Origin: Prorocentrum cordatum
Lineage: Eukaryota
Reading direction: 5' to 3'
DNA: 64,000 bases
Assembly: GCA_963575745.1 (NCBI GenBank)
Contig: CAUYUJ010000314.1
Coordinates: forward strand, 186,001 to 250,000
The position numbers were made by a program, and so were the translations under genes. This document shows positions 48,605 to 64,000 of this stretch, one piece after another (position 1 is the first letter of the stretch; every line of letters begins with the position of its first letter). A model generated the notes under the pieces. That model was not told where the DNA came from, did not search any database, and saw only the letters and a list, made by a program, of their open reading frames with translations.

Positions 48605-49117
48605 CTGGAAGTCTGGGGATTTCCTTTTCCCTCTTAGAGTGGTGTCTGTGAGCAGACGCGTTCTCTTCAGTGCTTCCCTGCTTCCCTCCTCCTCCTCCTC
48701 CTCCTCCTCCTCCTCCTGCCCCTGCCCCCCCTCCCGGGTCCTCTTGCCCCCCCTGCCCCCCTCTCCCTACCTCGCACTCTTGTGGTTGCCCATGACGCAG
48801 TGGAGCCCTTTGTCACTGTGTGAGTCTCAGGTCGGCTAGGACACGCGTCCGCGGATATATCGAACTGGCACAATGGGAAGGGATGTGCGGGAGGGATAGG
48901 ACTTCGGGCGTGGCGCGAGCGCACCTAGCCTGTTCTCCCCCTCCTCTCCTGCCGACCTGCGGCCGCTGGTGGGGGAGACCGGGTGTGGGCCACCGAGGTG
49001 CCCACGCGCGCGCAGCCAGCGGGGGGCCGCGGCCGTGCGCGAAAGAGCGAGAGAGCGAGAGAACGAGAAAAGTAAGGATCATGAGAGGGTTATTTTCTTA
49101 TATATATATATAGCGAT

Positions 49118-49167
<50 letters not shown>

Positions 49168-49539
49168 CCAGCACCCATTCCGAGATTTTAACGCAACGCC
49201 GAAAACAGTCGAAGCAGTTTCATCATCTCCGAACCTGAGCCCTCTGCACGGGCGGTCGAGCGGCTCGCCAAGACGCCAGGCCCGTGACAGGCCGCCTGTG
49301 TTGCAGGGGAGAGCTGAGAGCAGCGCAGCGCTGTGCGCCCTGTCGACCCTCCCCCGCTCCCTTCGCCGGGTCTGTGCGAAAGCTTGCTGTGGGCCTATAT
49401 ATAGGTAGGCTCTGAGGAGGCGTGGCCGCGAAGTCACGCTCTGGCCGCGCAGAGGTCTGCCATAGGCTTATGCACAGTGGCACAGCTTGTGTACAGGCCC
49501 AGGACGGGTCCATGGAAGCGTACGTGCAGGACTCCAATG

Positions 49540-51600
<2,061 letters not shown>

Positions 51601-52349
51601 GACACGTCCGCCAAGCTCTATCTTTGCCTCAGGGAGACAATACATCCTGATGAACGAGTTCGTAGTGCCCTCTTTCGTTCGATCTTTACATGGCTGCTTG
51701 AGTGCGTGGGAGGGACAAGTTCGTCAAGTCGCGACGGCAGACCGCCCTTTGGTCTCTCGTGTTTGTTTCCTCTTCCTTTTTCGCCGCATAGGGTGAGGTA
51801 GCCCGTCCCGGGCCTGACTGCGAAGTCTTCAAGATCGTCCGAAGAGGGGGGGATGCGTATACGGAGTTATCGACGATGTAAGCTGCAAGCTAAAATGCGT
51901 CTCCACTCCCTACACCGCCGCAGCGTCCATCCAGATCTTGCACGTCGCTGCTGTGCAAAGCAACGCCAGTCGAGAGAGCGACGGGGGGGGGGAGGTCGAA
52001 AGGGGGAGCCACATGCCCTGGGGTGTTCGATATTTCCTCACTGCGCTGGAAGGGAAGAGGTACGCAGCGAACAAACGCACGCCCTCCTACCAGGCTCGTC
52101 GTACTGGTGTGTCACGTTGGCGGCACTCGCAGGATTGTCCGGCAGAAGGCGTGGCCGCTCCGCGGGGCAGCTCCTCCACGTGCGCGTGCGGTCTGCAGGC
52201 CGAGGTGCCGTGCTCAGCGTTGCGCTGCGGCACGGCGTCGGGAAGCAGTCCTTGCCAGACGGGACCCCCGTTCAAGAGCTTCTCCATCTGGCGCACCTTC
52301 TTGACCACCTGCCGAAGCGCGATCGTAACCGAATGGATGATGCCATCTG

Positions 52350-52585
52350 TTTTTCCCAACCATTCTGTGGTGTTGGGTCCTCGTTTTGAAGAGACGGTCC
52401 CCGCGTTCCTTCCTTCCTTTCTTCCTTCCTTTTTCCTCCCCCTCCTCCCTTCTCCCATCATCATCATCACCATCATCACCATCATCACCATCATCAGCAG
52501 CAGCATCATCATCATCACCACCATCACCAGCATCAGCATCATCATCAAACTTGTCACCATCATCATCATCACCACCACCACCATC

Positions 52586-52649
<64 letters not shown>

Positions 52650-55192
52650 CCATCGCCGACATCATCATCATCGTCACCATAGCATCGCCATCGTCACCAT
52701 ATTATCGCCGTCATCATCACCATCACCCCTCACACGCTTCGTGGCCCCACAGGAGGATCCACCGAAGGCCCCAGTGGCCGCGTCCGCATGCACCCTCCCC
52801 GCCCACCGCATGCCCATTCTGGCACACCCTTCACACGATTCGTGGCCCCATAGGGCACCGAAGGCCCCAGTTGCCGCGTGCGCATGCGTCCTCCCCGCCC
52901 ACCGCATGCCGATTTCGGCACACCCCTCACACGGTTCGTGGCCCCATAGGGAGCTCCACCGAAGGCCCCAGTGGCCGTGTGCGCATGCGTCCTCCCCGCC
53001 CACCGCATGCCCATTTCGGCACACCCTTGACACGGTTCGTGGCCCCATAAGGAGCTCCACCGAAGGCCCCAGTGGCCGCGTCCGCATGCGCCCGCCCCGC
53101 CCGCCGCATGTCCATTCTGGCACACCCCTCACACGGTTCGTGGCCCCATAGGGAGCTCCACCGCATGCCGATTTCGGCACACCCCTCATACGGTTCGTGG
53201 CCCCAAAGGGAGCTGCACCGAAGGCCCCAGTGGCCGCGTCCGCATGCGTCCTCCCTGCCCTCCTCATGTCCATTCTGGCACGCCCCTTACATGTTTCGTG
53301 GCTCCATCAGGAGCTCCACCGAAGGCCCCAGTTGCCGCGTGCGCATGCGCCCTCCCCGCCCACCGCATGTCCATTCTGGCACGCCCCTCACGGTTTGTGG
53401 CCCCATAGGGAGCTCCACCGACGGGCCCAGTGGCCGCGTCCGCATGCGTCCTCGCCGCCCACCGCATGTCCATGTGGGCACACCCCTCGACACGTTTCGT
53501 GGCTCCATAGGGAGCTCCATCGAAGGCCCCAGCGGCCGCGTCCGCATGCGCCCACCCCGCCCACCACATGCCCATGCCGGCACACCCCTCACACGGTTTG
53601 TGGCCCCATTGGGAGCTCCATCGAAGGCCCCAGCGGCCGCGTCCGCATGGGCCCTCCCCGCCCTCCTCATGTCCATGTCGGCACACTCCTCACACATTTC
53701 GTGGCCCCATAGGGAGCTCCACCGTAGGCCCCAGTGACCGCGTCTGCATGCGCCCTCCCCGCCCACCGCATGCCCATGTCGGCGCACCCCTCACACGTTT
53801 CGTGGCCCCATAGGGAGCTCCACCGAAGGCCTCAGTGGCCGCGTCCGCATGCGTCCTCCCCGCCCACCGCATGCCCATGTCGGCACACCCCTCATACAGT
53901 TCGTGGCCCCATAGGGAGTTCCACCGAAGGCCTGAGTGGTCGCGTCCGCATGTGCCCTCCCCGCCCACCGCATGTCCATTTCGGCACACCTCTTACACGT
54001 TTCGTGGCCCCATAGGGAGCTCCACCGAAGGCCCCAGTGGCCGCGTCCGCATGTGTTCTCCCTGCCCTCCTCATGTCCATTCTGGCACGCCCCTCACACG
54101 TTTCGTGGCCCCATAAGGAGCTCCACCGAAGGCCCCAGTTGCCGCGTGCGCATGCGCCCTCCCCGCCCAGCGCATGTCCATTCTGGCACGCTCCTCACGG
54201 TTCGTGGCCCCATAAGGAGCTCCACCGACGGCCCCAGTGGCCGCGTCCGCATGCGTCCTCGCCGCCCACCGCATGTCCATGTGGGCACACCCCTCGACAC
54301 GTTTCGTGGCCCCATAGGGAGCTCCATCGAAGGCTCCAGTTGCCGCGTGCGCATGCGCCCTCCCCGCCCGCCGCATGTCCATTCTGGCACACACCCCTCA
54401 CACGGTTCGTGGCCCCATAGGGAGCTCCACCGAAGGCCCCAGTGGCCGCGTCCGCATGCGCCCGCCCTGTCCACCGCATGTCCATTCTGGCACACCCCTC
54501 ACACGGTTCGTGGCCCCAGAGGGAGCTCCACCGAAGGCCCCAACGACAGGGTCAGAGTAGGGCCCTTCGAGGTCATTTTGTCAGGAGGGAAGCTATTTAA
54601 CGGCGCCGGTGCAGAGGATACGGTGGAGAGCGTCTTCTGTGGGTGAGGCCGCGGGTGCGGGGGGGCTGGCGCGGTAGTGCAAACTTAAGGCTGCTCTGAG
54701 GGGCTGCGCCTGGGACAACCTGCGCGCGTCACTGGGAACCATTCGGGGCGACCGGCGCGCGTCGCGGACTCCATGCTGCGCTCCGCACAGTACCTCGCTC
54801 GCCCGTCGTCGGTCAGCACAGCGGCCAGCGCCTGTCCCGCTGTCGGCCAGCCAGCTAGCTCTCTTTGCTCTGCGCAGCGGACGACCCGTGCGCGTCACCT
54901 GGACCCCTGCGGGGCAACCAGCGCGCGTCGCGGGGACTCCGCGGTGCGCTTTGCCCGGAGCCGCGGTCTCCAGGGTGGTAGGACAAAGGGGGGAGAAAGA
55001 CTTGAAAGCCCACCATCCCGCTCCGCTCCCCCCCCCTCCCCCTTATACCCTTGCCTGCACTGCCCCGTGCTTCGTTCTTCCGGCGGCGCGCTGCTTATGA
55101 GAGCTACTCGGAGTTTGCGCGCCCCCCTTCTTCGTCTTTATCTCTCAACGTACTCGCAGCTGCGTATGGTTGGGTCCTTCGTCTGGCTAATT
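52350..55192 (+). mobile_element. Family H2 copy B: head, (CCTT)/(CAT)n, ~101-bp satellite (52725-54545), ~600 bp extra DNA, 3' block
   Basis: TTTTT-CCCAACCAT (52355-52363) / ATGGTTGGG (55166-55174) perfect subTIR; satellite core TTCGTGGCCCCATAGGGAGCTCCACCGAAGG shared with copy A. Confidence 0.8.
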
Positions 55193-57059
55193 CTCTTGGA
55201 CGTGGGGCTTCTCGCCGATGTTCGGTTTCATCGATTTTGCCCGCAACAGTATTGTACCTTGGTGCGCAGACCATGGAATGGCTTTTGGGTTGTGGGTTGG
55301 CCAGTCTTACAGGGTGAACGACGCGCTACAGCAAATCAATCGTTTCATCAGTTTCCCCAGACGCCCAAGAACAGCGAACACAACGAATACATGAGCACAC
55401 GTCTGTTTGTATCGTTCGTTCGTTCGTTCGTATGTCTCAGCCGTTTGCGTCCGCGCCTTTTCTTGCCGCGAGCAAGCTCGTTGACACGTTTCCCAGGTTT
55501 TTTTCTTACATTCGGTTCCATCGTTCAGCTGATCGCACGCGGGCGTGCTCATTGAGGCCGTGCGTGTGGGGCTCTCTCTGGCCTGGAGGCACCATCCTTG
55601 TGAGGTGCGTGCCGAAACGGGCGGGGGAACCGCGTGCCGGAGTGCCCGCTGAGGCCGTAGATGGGCCTCCTTACGTATGGCATTTACAGGCTCGTTCGTG
55701 CGAGGGGTGCGTCGACGTGGGCGTGGGGGCCGCTTGCGGCTGGGCCCGCCCAGGCCGTGCGTGGGCCTCGCAAGTGGAGGCGATGCTTCAGAAAGGCGTG
55801 TGCCGACATAGGCAACCGCATTCTGTCGTTCCCGCTCAGGCCGTAGGCGGAGTTCCCTGTGGGCGCGATCCCTGTGAGAGGTGTGCCGACACATGCGTGG
55901 GGCCCGCACATGAGCGTGCTTGATGATTTTTGTGGGATTCCCAATGGGGCGCGATCTTCGTCAGAGGTGTGCTGGAAGCGTTCGGACCGCACGCGGGCGT
56001 GCTCAGTGAGGCCTCAGGCGGGGCTCCTTTTTGGGTGCGATCTTCGTGAGGACTGTGCAGACGGAGTGGCGGTGAAGGTCCGTAACTTGCGGAGATCTTC
56101 GTCGGGCCTCGCAGGGTCTGTTAGTTCGGTGGCTTGCGGGGGCATCCAGTTGGTCTCACAATGTCACCAACCTCGGTGGCCTGCTGGGGTCTCTTGGTAA
56201 GTCCATCCAGCACTTTCGGTAGGGCCAGACCGTATGTCTGTACGCCCTGGAACAGCCCAGCATCGCCAGAACATGGGCGTCAATGCGTTTGAGCGTATTG
56301 ACGCCGATTCCGGACCCCGCTGCTCGGTGACCTGCTGGGCCCCCCAGCGCGCCTCGCAAGGTCACCGGCCTCGGTGTGGGATGCCGTGGCCATCCTGGCT
56401 TGAGCTGTCCTGGGGCCCTATTACGATTGTCGGAAGCGAACCCACCTGCACGTGCGCAAACTCCTCATTCTCTCGTCCCTCCCCTCCATCCCCCCTTCCC
56501 CGCTGCCCCTCACTGTTCCCCCTCTTCCATTGGTGCTTGCGCGGGTCGCATTTTTTCCGGTATGATAGAGGAGTGCGAGACCGATGATGAGGATGAGCAG
56601 GAGGGAGGGGAGGGAGAAGGGCGATGGAGTGGAGGGTGAGGAGGAATGCGACGAATCTGCTGATTAGGAGTGTGGACATTCAATAGGGACAAGCATGATC
56701 TGAAGGAGTTCGAGGAGGAGGACGAGGAGGAGGTGAAGGAGGAGGAACACAAAATGAAAGAGGAAGGCGTACATAAATTTTCGTGGCACCAATTGTCCAG
56801 GAACCTACCCAGACCTTCGGTGTCCGTGAAGCGCGCGAGCAGGGGGAAGGAACGTGGGACCAGAGCAGACGCCGAGAACGACAAAAGGCGAAGGATGAGG
56901 AGGAGGAGGAGGATGAGGAGGAGGAGGAGGAGGAGGAGGAGGAGGAGGAGTAAGAGGAGGAGGAGGAGGAAGAGTTGAAAGGGGAGGGCCGCAAGGACGG
57001 CAATGAGAAACCATAGTATAATAATGTCAGCCAGCATGGGCCCCAGACAAAGTACTCTA

Positions 57060-57342
57060 GCGTGCCAGCTGGTGGCAAATATGTGGTGGAAGCTGTGTGG
57101 TGCAAGCTACCTGGTGAACACGATATGGCGCAATCCACGTGGTGCACGTTCTGCGGTGCAAGCTATGCGGTGTGAGCCACGTGGTGTGAAGTATGTGGTG
57201 CAACCTATGTGGTAGGAGCGAGCTTATTGATCTACGCGGTGTGAGCTATGTGGTGTAGGGTCTGTGGTGCCTACTAGGTGGTGCGGTGTACTGGATGTGA
57301 CCTAAGAGGTGCAATCTAGGTGGTGCAGCCTAAGTGGTGCGA
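57060..57342. repeat. Degenerate ~14-15-bp repeat (TGTGGTGCAAGCTA)n
   Basis: Seen directly. Confidence 0.75.
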
Positions 57343-57374
57343 TTCACCCTCCCGAACTTGAAGTTGTCAACTCT

Positions 57375-58115
57375 ACGGCTCGCGCAATCACCCCACCCAC
57401 CCACCCACCCGCAACTTGGTTTGCAAAACCGATGCGGCGGCGATTGCGATGACTGCTCGGCGCTTGTTGGCACATCGCTGAGGCCGCGCTAGCGCTCGCA
57501 GGCTCGCGTGCAGAGCGGCCAGCAAGTCTGGCGCGACCGATGCGGCCGCGGTGGCGCTGACCGCTGGGCACTTGCCAGCGCGTGTCGCAGGCCGCGCTGG
57601 CGTGCGGGCACTTCAGTGCAAGTCGGTGGCTCGGGCGGGAGTGGTATCATGGCGACGTCGACAACAGTAGACACGATGGTGATAGTAGCAGTGCTGGTGA
57701 CGTGATGACGACAAGGCTAATGACGGCGCCGATGCTGAACACGCCGATGACGATGATAGTGTTTACGTGCGGGTGCTGACGGTTTTGTAAGGATTCTGAC
57801 ATGCGCGAGCCGTCGACCCGCGCGAGTGGACCGCATTCTATTATTTGACCGGGGTCGTGCGTCTCCCCCAGCACGCGCGCAAGGGTATTCGAATGATTCC
57901 GACACGCGCGCGCGATAGGCCCGTTTGGTCGCAGTTGATGCAATTGTTGAAACACCCATGGTTGTCGCAGGGGCTTGCACGAGCGCGCGCGCGCTGTTTT
58001 TTGAGAAGTCATTGTGCAAAACAGTTGGTGGTGCTCGATTCGGGGAGGTCGGCCTCGAATCCCATGCAGATCCTAAGCTTTTTGAAGGAGTTTGGCATGC
58101 GCGCGGCGACGCTCA
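57375..58115 (-). repeat. Inverted diverged copy of the 3590-4335 repeat
   Basis: Shared blocks listed under 3590-4335. Confidence 0.8.
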
Positions 58116-58279
58116 CGTGTGGACTGTCTCATTGCTCCCCTCCCTGTTGCGTTACGTTCCCGTTTCGAATGGAGCGCTGCGGTCGGGTCCTTTCTCCCGC
58201 GTCCCTCCCCCCTCCTCTCTTCCCTCCTCCTTCTTCTCCTCCTCTCGTTCATTCTCTTCTCCTCTCCTGTCGTTTACCT

Positions 58280-58890
58280 GGCTTGCCCTCGCCATCCATG
58301 GGGGGGGTCCGATATGCGAAAATGTCGCCACTTTCGGGGGCTGCTGGGGGGCCCAGCGGAGTGACGCGCTACGCAGATTCAGATTCGACCTTGCCGTCCC
58401 TGGGGGGCTGCGATTTGCGAAACGGTCGCCGCTTTCGATGGCTGTTGGTGGATCCAGCGGAGTGACGCGCTACGCAGATTCTGACTAGACCTCGCCGTCC
58501 TTGGGGGGGCTGCGATCTGCGAAACTCTCGCCACTTTTGCGGGCTCCTGGAAAACATTCGCCGCTTTCGAGGGTTCCTCGGAGGTCCAGCGGGGTGACGC
58601 GCTCCGCAGATTCAGATTCGACCTCGCTTTCCCTAGGGGGTTGCAAATATTTTGCAGGGCTGTTGGGGGTCCCGCACAGCGACTTCCTGAACAGACTCAG
58701 ATTCGACCTCACCATCTTTGCGGGGTTGCGATCTGCGAAACTCTTACCATATTCGAGGGCCTCTGGGTGTCCAGCGGGGTGACGCAATACGCAGATCCAG
58801 GGTCGACCTCACCATCCCTGGGGGGCTGTGCACTGCGACGCTGACGCCACTTCCGAATTCTGGTGGGGGTCTGGCAGAGTGACGTCCCAC
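58280..58890 (+). repeat. Diverged relatives (~105 bp) of the 96-bp array at 14198
   Basis: cctcgccgtcc(c/t)tggggggctgcgatctgcgaaact..cgccacttt..tccagcggagtga recurring. Confidence 0.85.
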
Positions 58891-59654
58891 GCAGCCTTAG
58901 GCTAGCCATGATGTGCTTTCCTGCGGGCCGCCCGGTAACCTGGCGGCGCGCCTGCGAGCATTTCGCTTCTGCGGTACAAGGTGCCAGAATGAAGCGGAGA
59001 ACCTGGCGGGCAAGCTCGGCCTCGCTCGTTTCTTTCACTAGCCTTTGGAACGCCAGAGCGACCTGGCGCGGGCCACGCTGCTTGTCCAGCGTGCCATTGG
59101 AATATGATCGTCCCCCTCCTTCCTCATTCTACCTCTGTCGTTGTGGTCCTCTTCTTCCTTTCACCGTCGCACTGTTGCTGTCGCCTAGGTCTGTCGGCCC
59201 TTTTTGTGTCGTTTTCCTCCCCTTGGTTCGCACCCCCATTTGCTCTTCCAGCTTGGTGCCTCAGTCCTCGTTCTTTTGTTGCTCTCCTGTGAATCGTGCA
59301 TCGCTCGCCCTTCCCATACGGCTCGCACAACCAACGGCCAATTTTGTGTTGTCATCAGCCATACCATTCTGGACCAGCCCCTCTTGAAACTCACTGCGGA
59401 TCGGTGGGCACGTTACAGGGTCATTCGAGTTCGATTGTCGAGAAACTAACGATTGTTGGTCGACGAGCTCGCGGACATTGTGTCATCTGACGAGGATGCA
59501 AGGGGGTCGATGTGGTGCGAGCTACGGTGGAAAGGTGTACGCAGTGCAGTCTATGTGGGGCACGCAAGAGTTGTGATACTTCAAACCTCACAATACGTTT
59601 CCTCCTCTTCCTTCCTCCCTCGTCCCGTTTGTGTTTAGCTGCATGAAGCACGTA

Positions 59655-59960
59655 AATCATTGCAACGCAGTTGAAAGCAACGCAATGCGATGCACATCAA
59701 GGCAACACAATGTGACGCAAAGCAACGCAAACGAACGCAAACCAATGCAACGGAATGCAAAGCAACGCAAAGCGATGCGAATCAATGCGACGTAATGCAA
59801 GACGATGCAAACACATGAAGAACAATTCAAAACAATGCACAATAATGGAAATCAATGCAGAGCAAGGTGAAACATGTCAAAGCAACGCAAAGCCATGGCA
59901 ATGCAAAACAATGTAATGGGATGCGAACAAATGCATAGCACTGCGAATCAATGCACAGTG
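59655..59960. repeat. (GCAAA/GCAAT/GCAAC)n degenerate pentamer repeat
   Basis: Seen directly. Confidence 0.85.
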
Positions 59961-60537
59961 CGAGCCTCGCATCATCAAATTTGTGACCAAACTGGTGCGG
60001 CGACGGACGGTGGCGACGCAGAGTCCGAGTTGCAAGCCTCGCGCAATCAAAATTGTGGCCAAAATGGTGCGGCGACGAGCGGCGGTGACGAGCGGCTAGA
60101 AGCCGGCTGGACCGACGCACAGGCCGACTTCCTTACGATGGAAGTAGCCCTAATGGCAAGCATTGTTTGGGGAATGAGTGGTATCGCGAGATGGAGTGTA
60201 GGCGCACGATGAGCAACTTTCATTTGTTTTAATTTAGAACCACGCCATCCCCTCCCCTTCCCGCCCTGAAGCCCATTTCCCCCCCCCTGGAGTCGGGGGC
60301 CGCTTCTGTGGCATCCGGAGGCTTCCAAGATGCTCCAGCAAAGCCAAGAGGCCGCCAGGACCCAAGCTGACTCCCCAGGACGCCCCAAGGTGGCTTCAGG
60401 ACCGATCAAGCTGCCGCAATGTGATTCCAGAGAGGCCCCGAGAGGCTGCACAGGCGAGGCCTCACGGAGATATCAGAATTCAAAACCCAACGCTTTCTGA
60501 CAGTTTTCAGCCTCCCATTGTTCTCTTACGGGGCGTC

Positions 60538-60712
60538 AAAACGACCACAGCCACTGCTTTTCTTTTGTTGCCGCCTTCCAGCCCGAAGAAACAAAGCAGT
60601 GGTTGTGGTCATTTTCGTTGAGCTTGGCACCAGGGAAATGACCACAACCACTACTTCTTTTTCGGCCGGCTGGAAGGCGGCGCAAACAAGAAGCAGTGGC
60701 TGTGGTCATTTT
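60538..60712. repeat. Nested double palindrome
   Basis: GACCACA(G/A)CCACT motif in alternating orientation four times; inner GCCGCCTTCCAGCC / GGCTGGAAGGCGGC inverted. Confidence 0.9.
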
Positions 60713-61359
60713 CCCGTCCCGCATTTCTCCTGACGCTTGCTCCGGCCGAGATCCAAACGGCCTTCGGCAGCCCATGGCGCCCAAAGGGACTCCCGACCGG
60801 CGGCCAGAGCGGGCCTCCCGAGGGTACCAAGGCGAGGCAGGCCGGCCCCAGGAGGGCAGCAAAGGGCTTCCGGAGGAGGAGCGGGAGGAGGAGAAGGAGG
60901 AGGAGCAGGAGGAGGAGCAGGAGGAGGAGGAGGAGGAGGAGGAGGAGGAGGAGGAGGAGGAGGAGGAGCAGGAGGAGCAGGAGGAGGAGGAGGAGGGGGA
61001 GGAGAATGAGAAGGAGAAGGAGGACGAGGTGGAGGAGGAGGAGGTGGAGGAGGAGGAGGATTACAACCACAGACCCCCTCATAGGGGGCGTACAGGGTCG
61101 ATTTGCCATGACCCCTGCCCTCTTGGGGTGGAGCCCCTATGCACAATCTTGGCCAACCTTCACTTCTCTAGGGGGGCTTCGAAGAGCACGGCTTTGCGAG
61201 ATTCCTGATCTGGCAGGGGGTGGGTGAAGGAAGGAATGAATGAAGGAGGGATGCCGGTGAATAGGATTACGAGGAGGAAGCATGGTGGAGCAACGGGAGG
61301 CGGTTGAGGAGAACGAGGAGGAGGGGGAGGATAGTAGAAGTACGGAGGAAGCAAGAACG

Positions 61360-61810
61360 GATGATGATCTCAAGGATGATGATGGTGATGATGATTATGA
61401 TGATGACGATGATGATGATGATGCTTCTGCTGATGATGACGATGATGATGATGATGATGATGATGCAAGCGACGATGACGATGACGTTGATGATGATGCT
61501 GATGATGAGAATGCTTCTGCTGATGATGACGGTGATGATGGTAGTGGTGGGGATGGTGCTGCTGATGATGCTGCTGCTGATGATGATGATGACGATGCTG
61601 ATAATGAGGATGCAGATGCGGATGATGCTGATGATGGTGATGATGATGATGCTGATGCTGATGCTGATGCTGATGCTGCTGATGATGATGCTTCTGCTGA
61701 TGATGACGATGATGATGATGATGGTGGTGGTGGTGATGCTGCTGCTGATGATGCTGCTGATGATGATGACGATGCTGATGATGGTGATGATGATGATGAT
61801 GATGTGGATG

Positions 61811-61846
<36 letters not shown>

Positions 61847-61936
61847 CTGATGGTGATGATGATGCTGATGCTGATGCTGATGCTGCTGATGATGACGATG
61901 ATGATGATCATCATCATGGTCATGATCATGCTGATG

Positions 61937-61981
<45 letters not shown>

Positions 61982-62172
61982 GTGGTAATCATGATGATGG
62001 TGATGATTATGATGATTGTGTCGATGATGCTGATGATGCTGATGATGATGATGCTGCTGCTGATGATGATGATGCTGATAATGACGGTGGTCGTGATGAT
62101 GACTATGATGACCATGACGATGACGACGATGATAATTCTGATGATGAGGATGAGGATGCTGATGGTGATGAT
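61360..62172. repeat. (GAT/GCT)n degenerate microsatellite
   Basis: Seen directly. Confidence 0.97.
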
Positions 62173-62489
62173 ATAAACAGGAGCATGAGGAGACGGATTG
62201 TGAGGACAGGAGGGGTGAGGGAGGAAGGAAGGATAAGGAATGAAGGAAGGAAGGAGGAAGCAAGGAAAGTGTTTTGTGTTGATGAAGACGAGCGGAGGAG
62301 GCAATCTGGAGGACTATGCGAAGGACGAGGAGGAGGGAGCAAGGAGGGAGGAAACGAGAAGGGATGATGACGACGAGAAGGCGAAGGATGAGGAGGAGAT
62401 GTGGCGATACAATCCCGGGATGAGGAGGAACGAGGAGGAGGAGGAGAAGGACTAGGAGGAGGAACGAGGAGGAGGAAAGAGGAGGAGGA

Positions 62490-63120
62490 GGAGGACCAGT
62501 ATAAATCCAAGAGTCATCAACGATGTTGGAATAAACCCTCCCTCCAAGCTCCCCCTCCATAGGCCCCTACAAAGGTTCATTTCCGCTGAAGGCCCTGAAG
62601 CATGCCAAATATTGTTCTGGGGACTCCAACGCCACGGATCAATCTGACTGTTGCGTCTTGACGATCTTGAATCGCGTCAGAACGCCATTCCTCGGACTAC
62701 AACACCGCGAACCAACGTAACTGTTGCACCCTCAAATCCAGAATCCTTCCAAAACACCTTTTCTTTCACGTTGATGATGGGAAGCCGTTGCAAATTTTAA
62801 AACGATTGCGCGCGACGCTAAGGCGAGAGCCACAGTTTGAAAAGGAACCGCTTTCAATCCGTGAAGCTCTGACACATTTTTAGAAAGAATGCGCGCGGAG
62901 CTGAACCGAGATCCATATTTTGAAAACCACCCGCCCTCATTCCGAAAACGAAGGTACGTGGCGCTGAAGCGAGAGCCACATTGTCAAAACCACCCGCCAT
63001 GAGTCTATGAAGATCTTGCACATGTTCAAAACGAATGTGCGCGACGCTAAGGCGAGAGCCACATTTTGTAAACGGCCCGCCCTTCATCTGTGAAACTGTT
63101 GTCAATGCTTAAGCTTCAGG
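62490..63120 (-). repeat. Inverted shorter copy of the 31748-34790 satellite-bearing element
   Basis: aaaacgaatgtgcgcgacgctaaggcgagagccacatttt units plus the shared unique block. Confidence 0.8.
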
Positions 63121-64000
63121 GTCGTAAATAGTGAGGGAGTCTCAGGCGAATCGCCCGGCCCGCCCTAAAACTGGCCTCGCGGTGCGGCAGGAAGAAGCTA
63201 TTTTTACGGAAGAGGAATGGAGGAAGAACGAGGAGGAGGAGGAGGAGGAGGAGGAACGAGGAGGAAAAGCGCGGAGGGAGGAGAAGGAGAGGAGGGAAAA
63301 GGGATGAGAGAGGATGAATAAGAGGAGAGGCAGAAGAAGTTTGAGCAGGAGGAGGAAGATAAGGAGGAGGAGGAGGATAAAGAGGAGCGGGGGAAGCAGA
63401 AAGGATAATAGCAGGAGTATGTAGGAGGAGGGAGTTGAGTAGAGCGAGCATCGAGGATTGAGGGGTGAGGGAGGATGGATCACGGAGGATGAAAGGGGCA
63501 GGAAAGATCAGGGAGGGAGGAGGCAGAGGACCGACCATTAGGAGGAGGAGGAGGCGGAGTACAAGGACGATGAGGATGAGCAGGAGGAGGATAAATAGTA
63601 ATAACGATCATAATGATGTCAAGACTGCTAACACTAATAATACTAACAGTAATACTAACAATAATGGTAACAGTGCTAAGAATAATAGTCATGAGAACAA
63701 GAATGAGAAGAGGAGGAAACGAAGAGGAGGAGGACGACGACGACGGCGATCGTGGGGGGGGCCTCTCCGGCGGTGCCCGCCGGAGGAGCCTGCCTACGTA
63801 AAGTTCAGCCGGCCAGACGCGGCCCAGGCCGCTCTCCAGGACGGGGGGGGGGAAGCAGGAGGCCCCGCCCCCATCACGGTGTCCAACGCTCTCGTTTGTT
63901 TCCGCCTCCTCCCGCTCTCTCTGTCGTGCTTCCGCTCTCCCTCATCCCACCTGGTATGCTCCAATACTCGCGAAGTGCCTATTCGCAAATGTTCGAAAAA

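Larger units (their letters stand above)
43024..48685 (+). mobile_element. Near-full-length RNase H-bearing non-LTR retrotransposon
   Basis: ORF1 plus ORF2 arrangement, bracketed by (CCT)n at 42952-43021 and 48684-48717. Confidence 0.92.

Noticed and set aside
52725..54545. CRISPR-like array with a conserved core (also 33205-34210)
   Set aside because: The sequence between cores is homologous from unit to unit, so this is a satellite

Overview
Repeat-dominated, GC-rich eukaryotic DNA. It is almost certainly dinoflagellate, inferred from relics of the spliced leader DCCGTAGCCATTTTGGCTCAAG, very long (CAT/GAT)n and (GAG/CCT)n tracts, and the retroelement types; Prorocentrum-like is only a guess. 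One convincing host gene is present: an intronless 751-aa secreted coiled-coil precursor (17411-19666) with an SL relic about 75 nt upstream, i.e. a probable retrogene. Retroelements are a near-complete LINE (ORF1 remnant plus APE-RT-Zn finger-RNase H ORF2, 43024-48604), a 5'-truncated LINE (28700-30620, minus), a frameshifted Copia RT-RNase H next to a 100-N gap, and a decayed Copia gag-protease preceded by an SL-like sequence. The most unusual structure is in the non-coding DNA. (i) Two families of composite elements have subterminal inverted repeats, microsatellites, internal satellite arrays and terminal hairpins but no visible TSD, resembling Helentron/DINE-1 non-autonomous elements. (ii) Four unrelated 155-206 bp foldback MITE families all show 5-bp TSDs, and one copy splits an ORF in frame (Introner candidate). 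(iii) Several SL relics mark cDNA recycling of both host and transposon transcripts. Most long ORFs in the supplied track are microsatellite or satellite artefacts.
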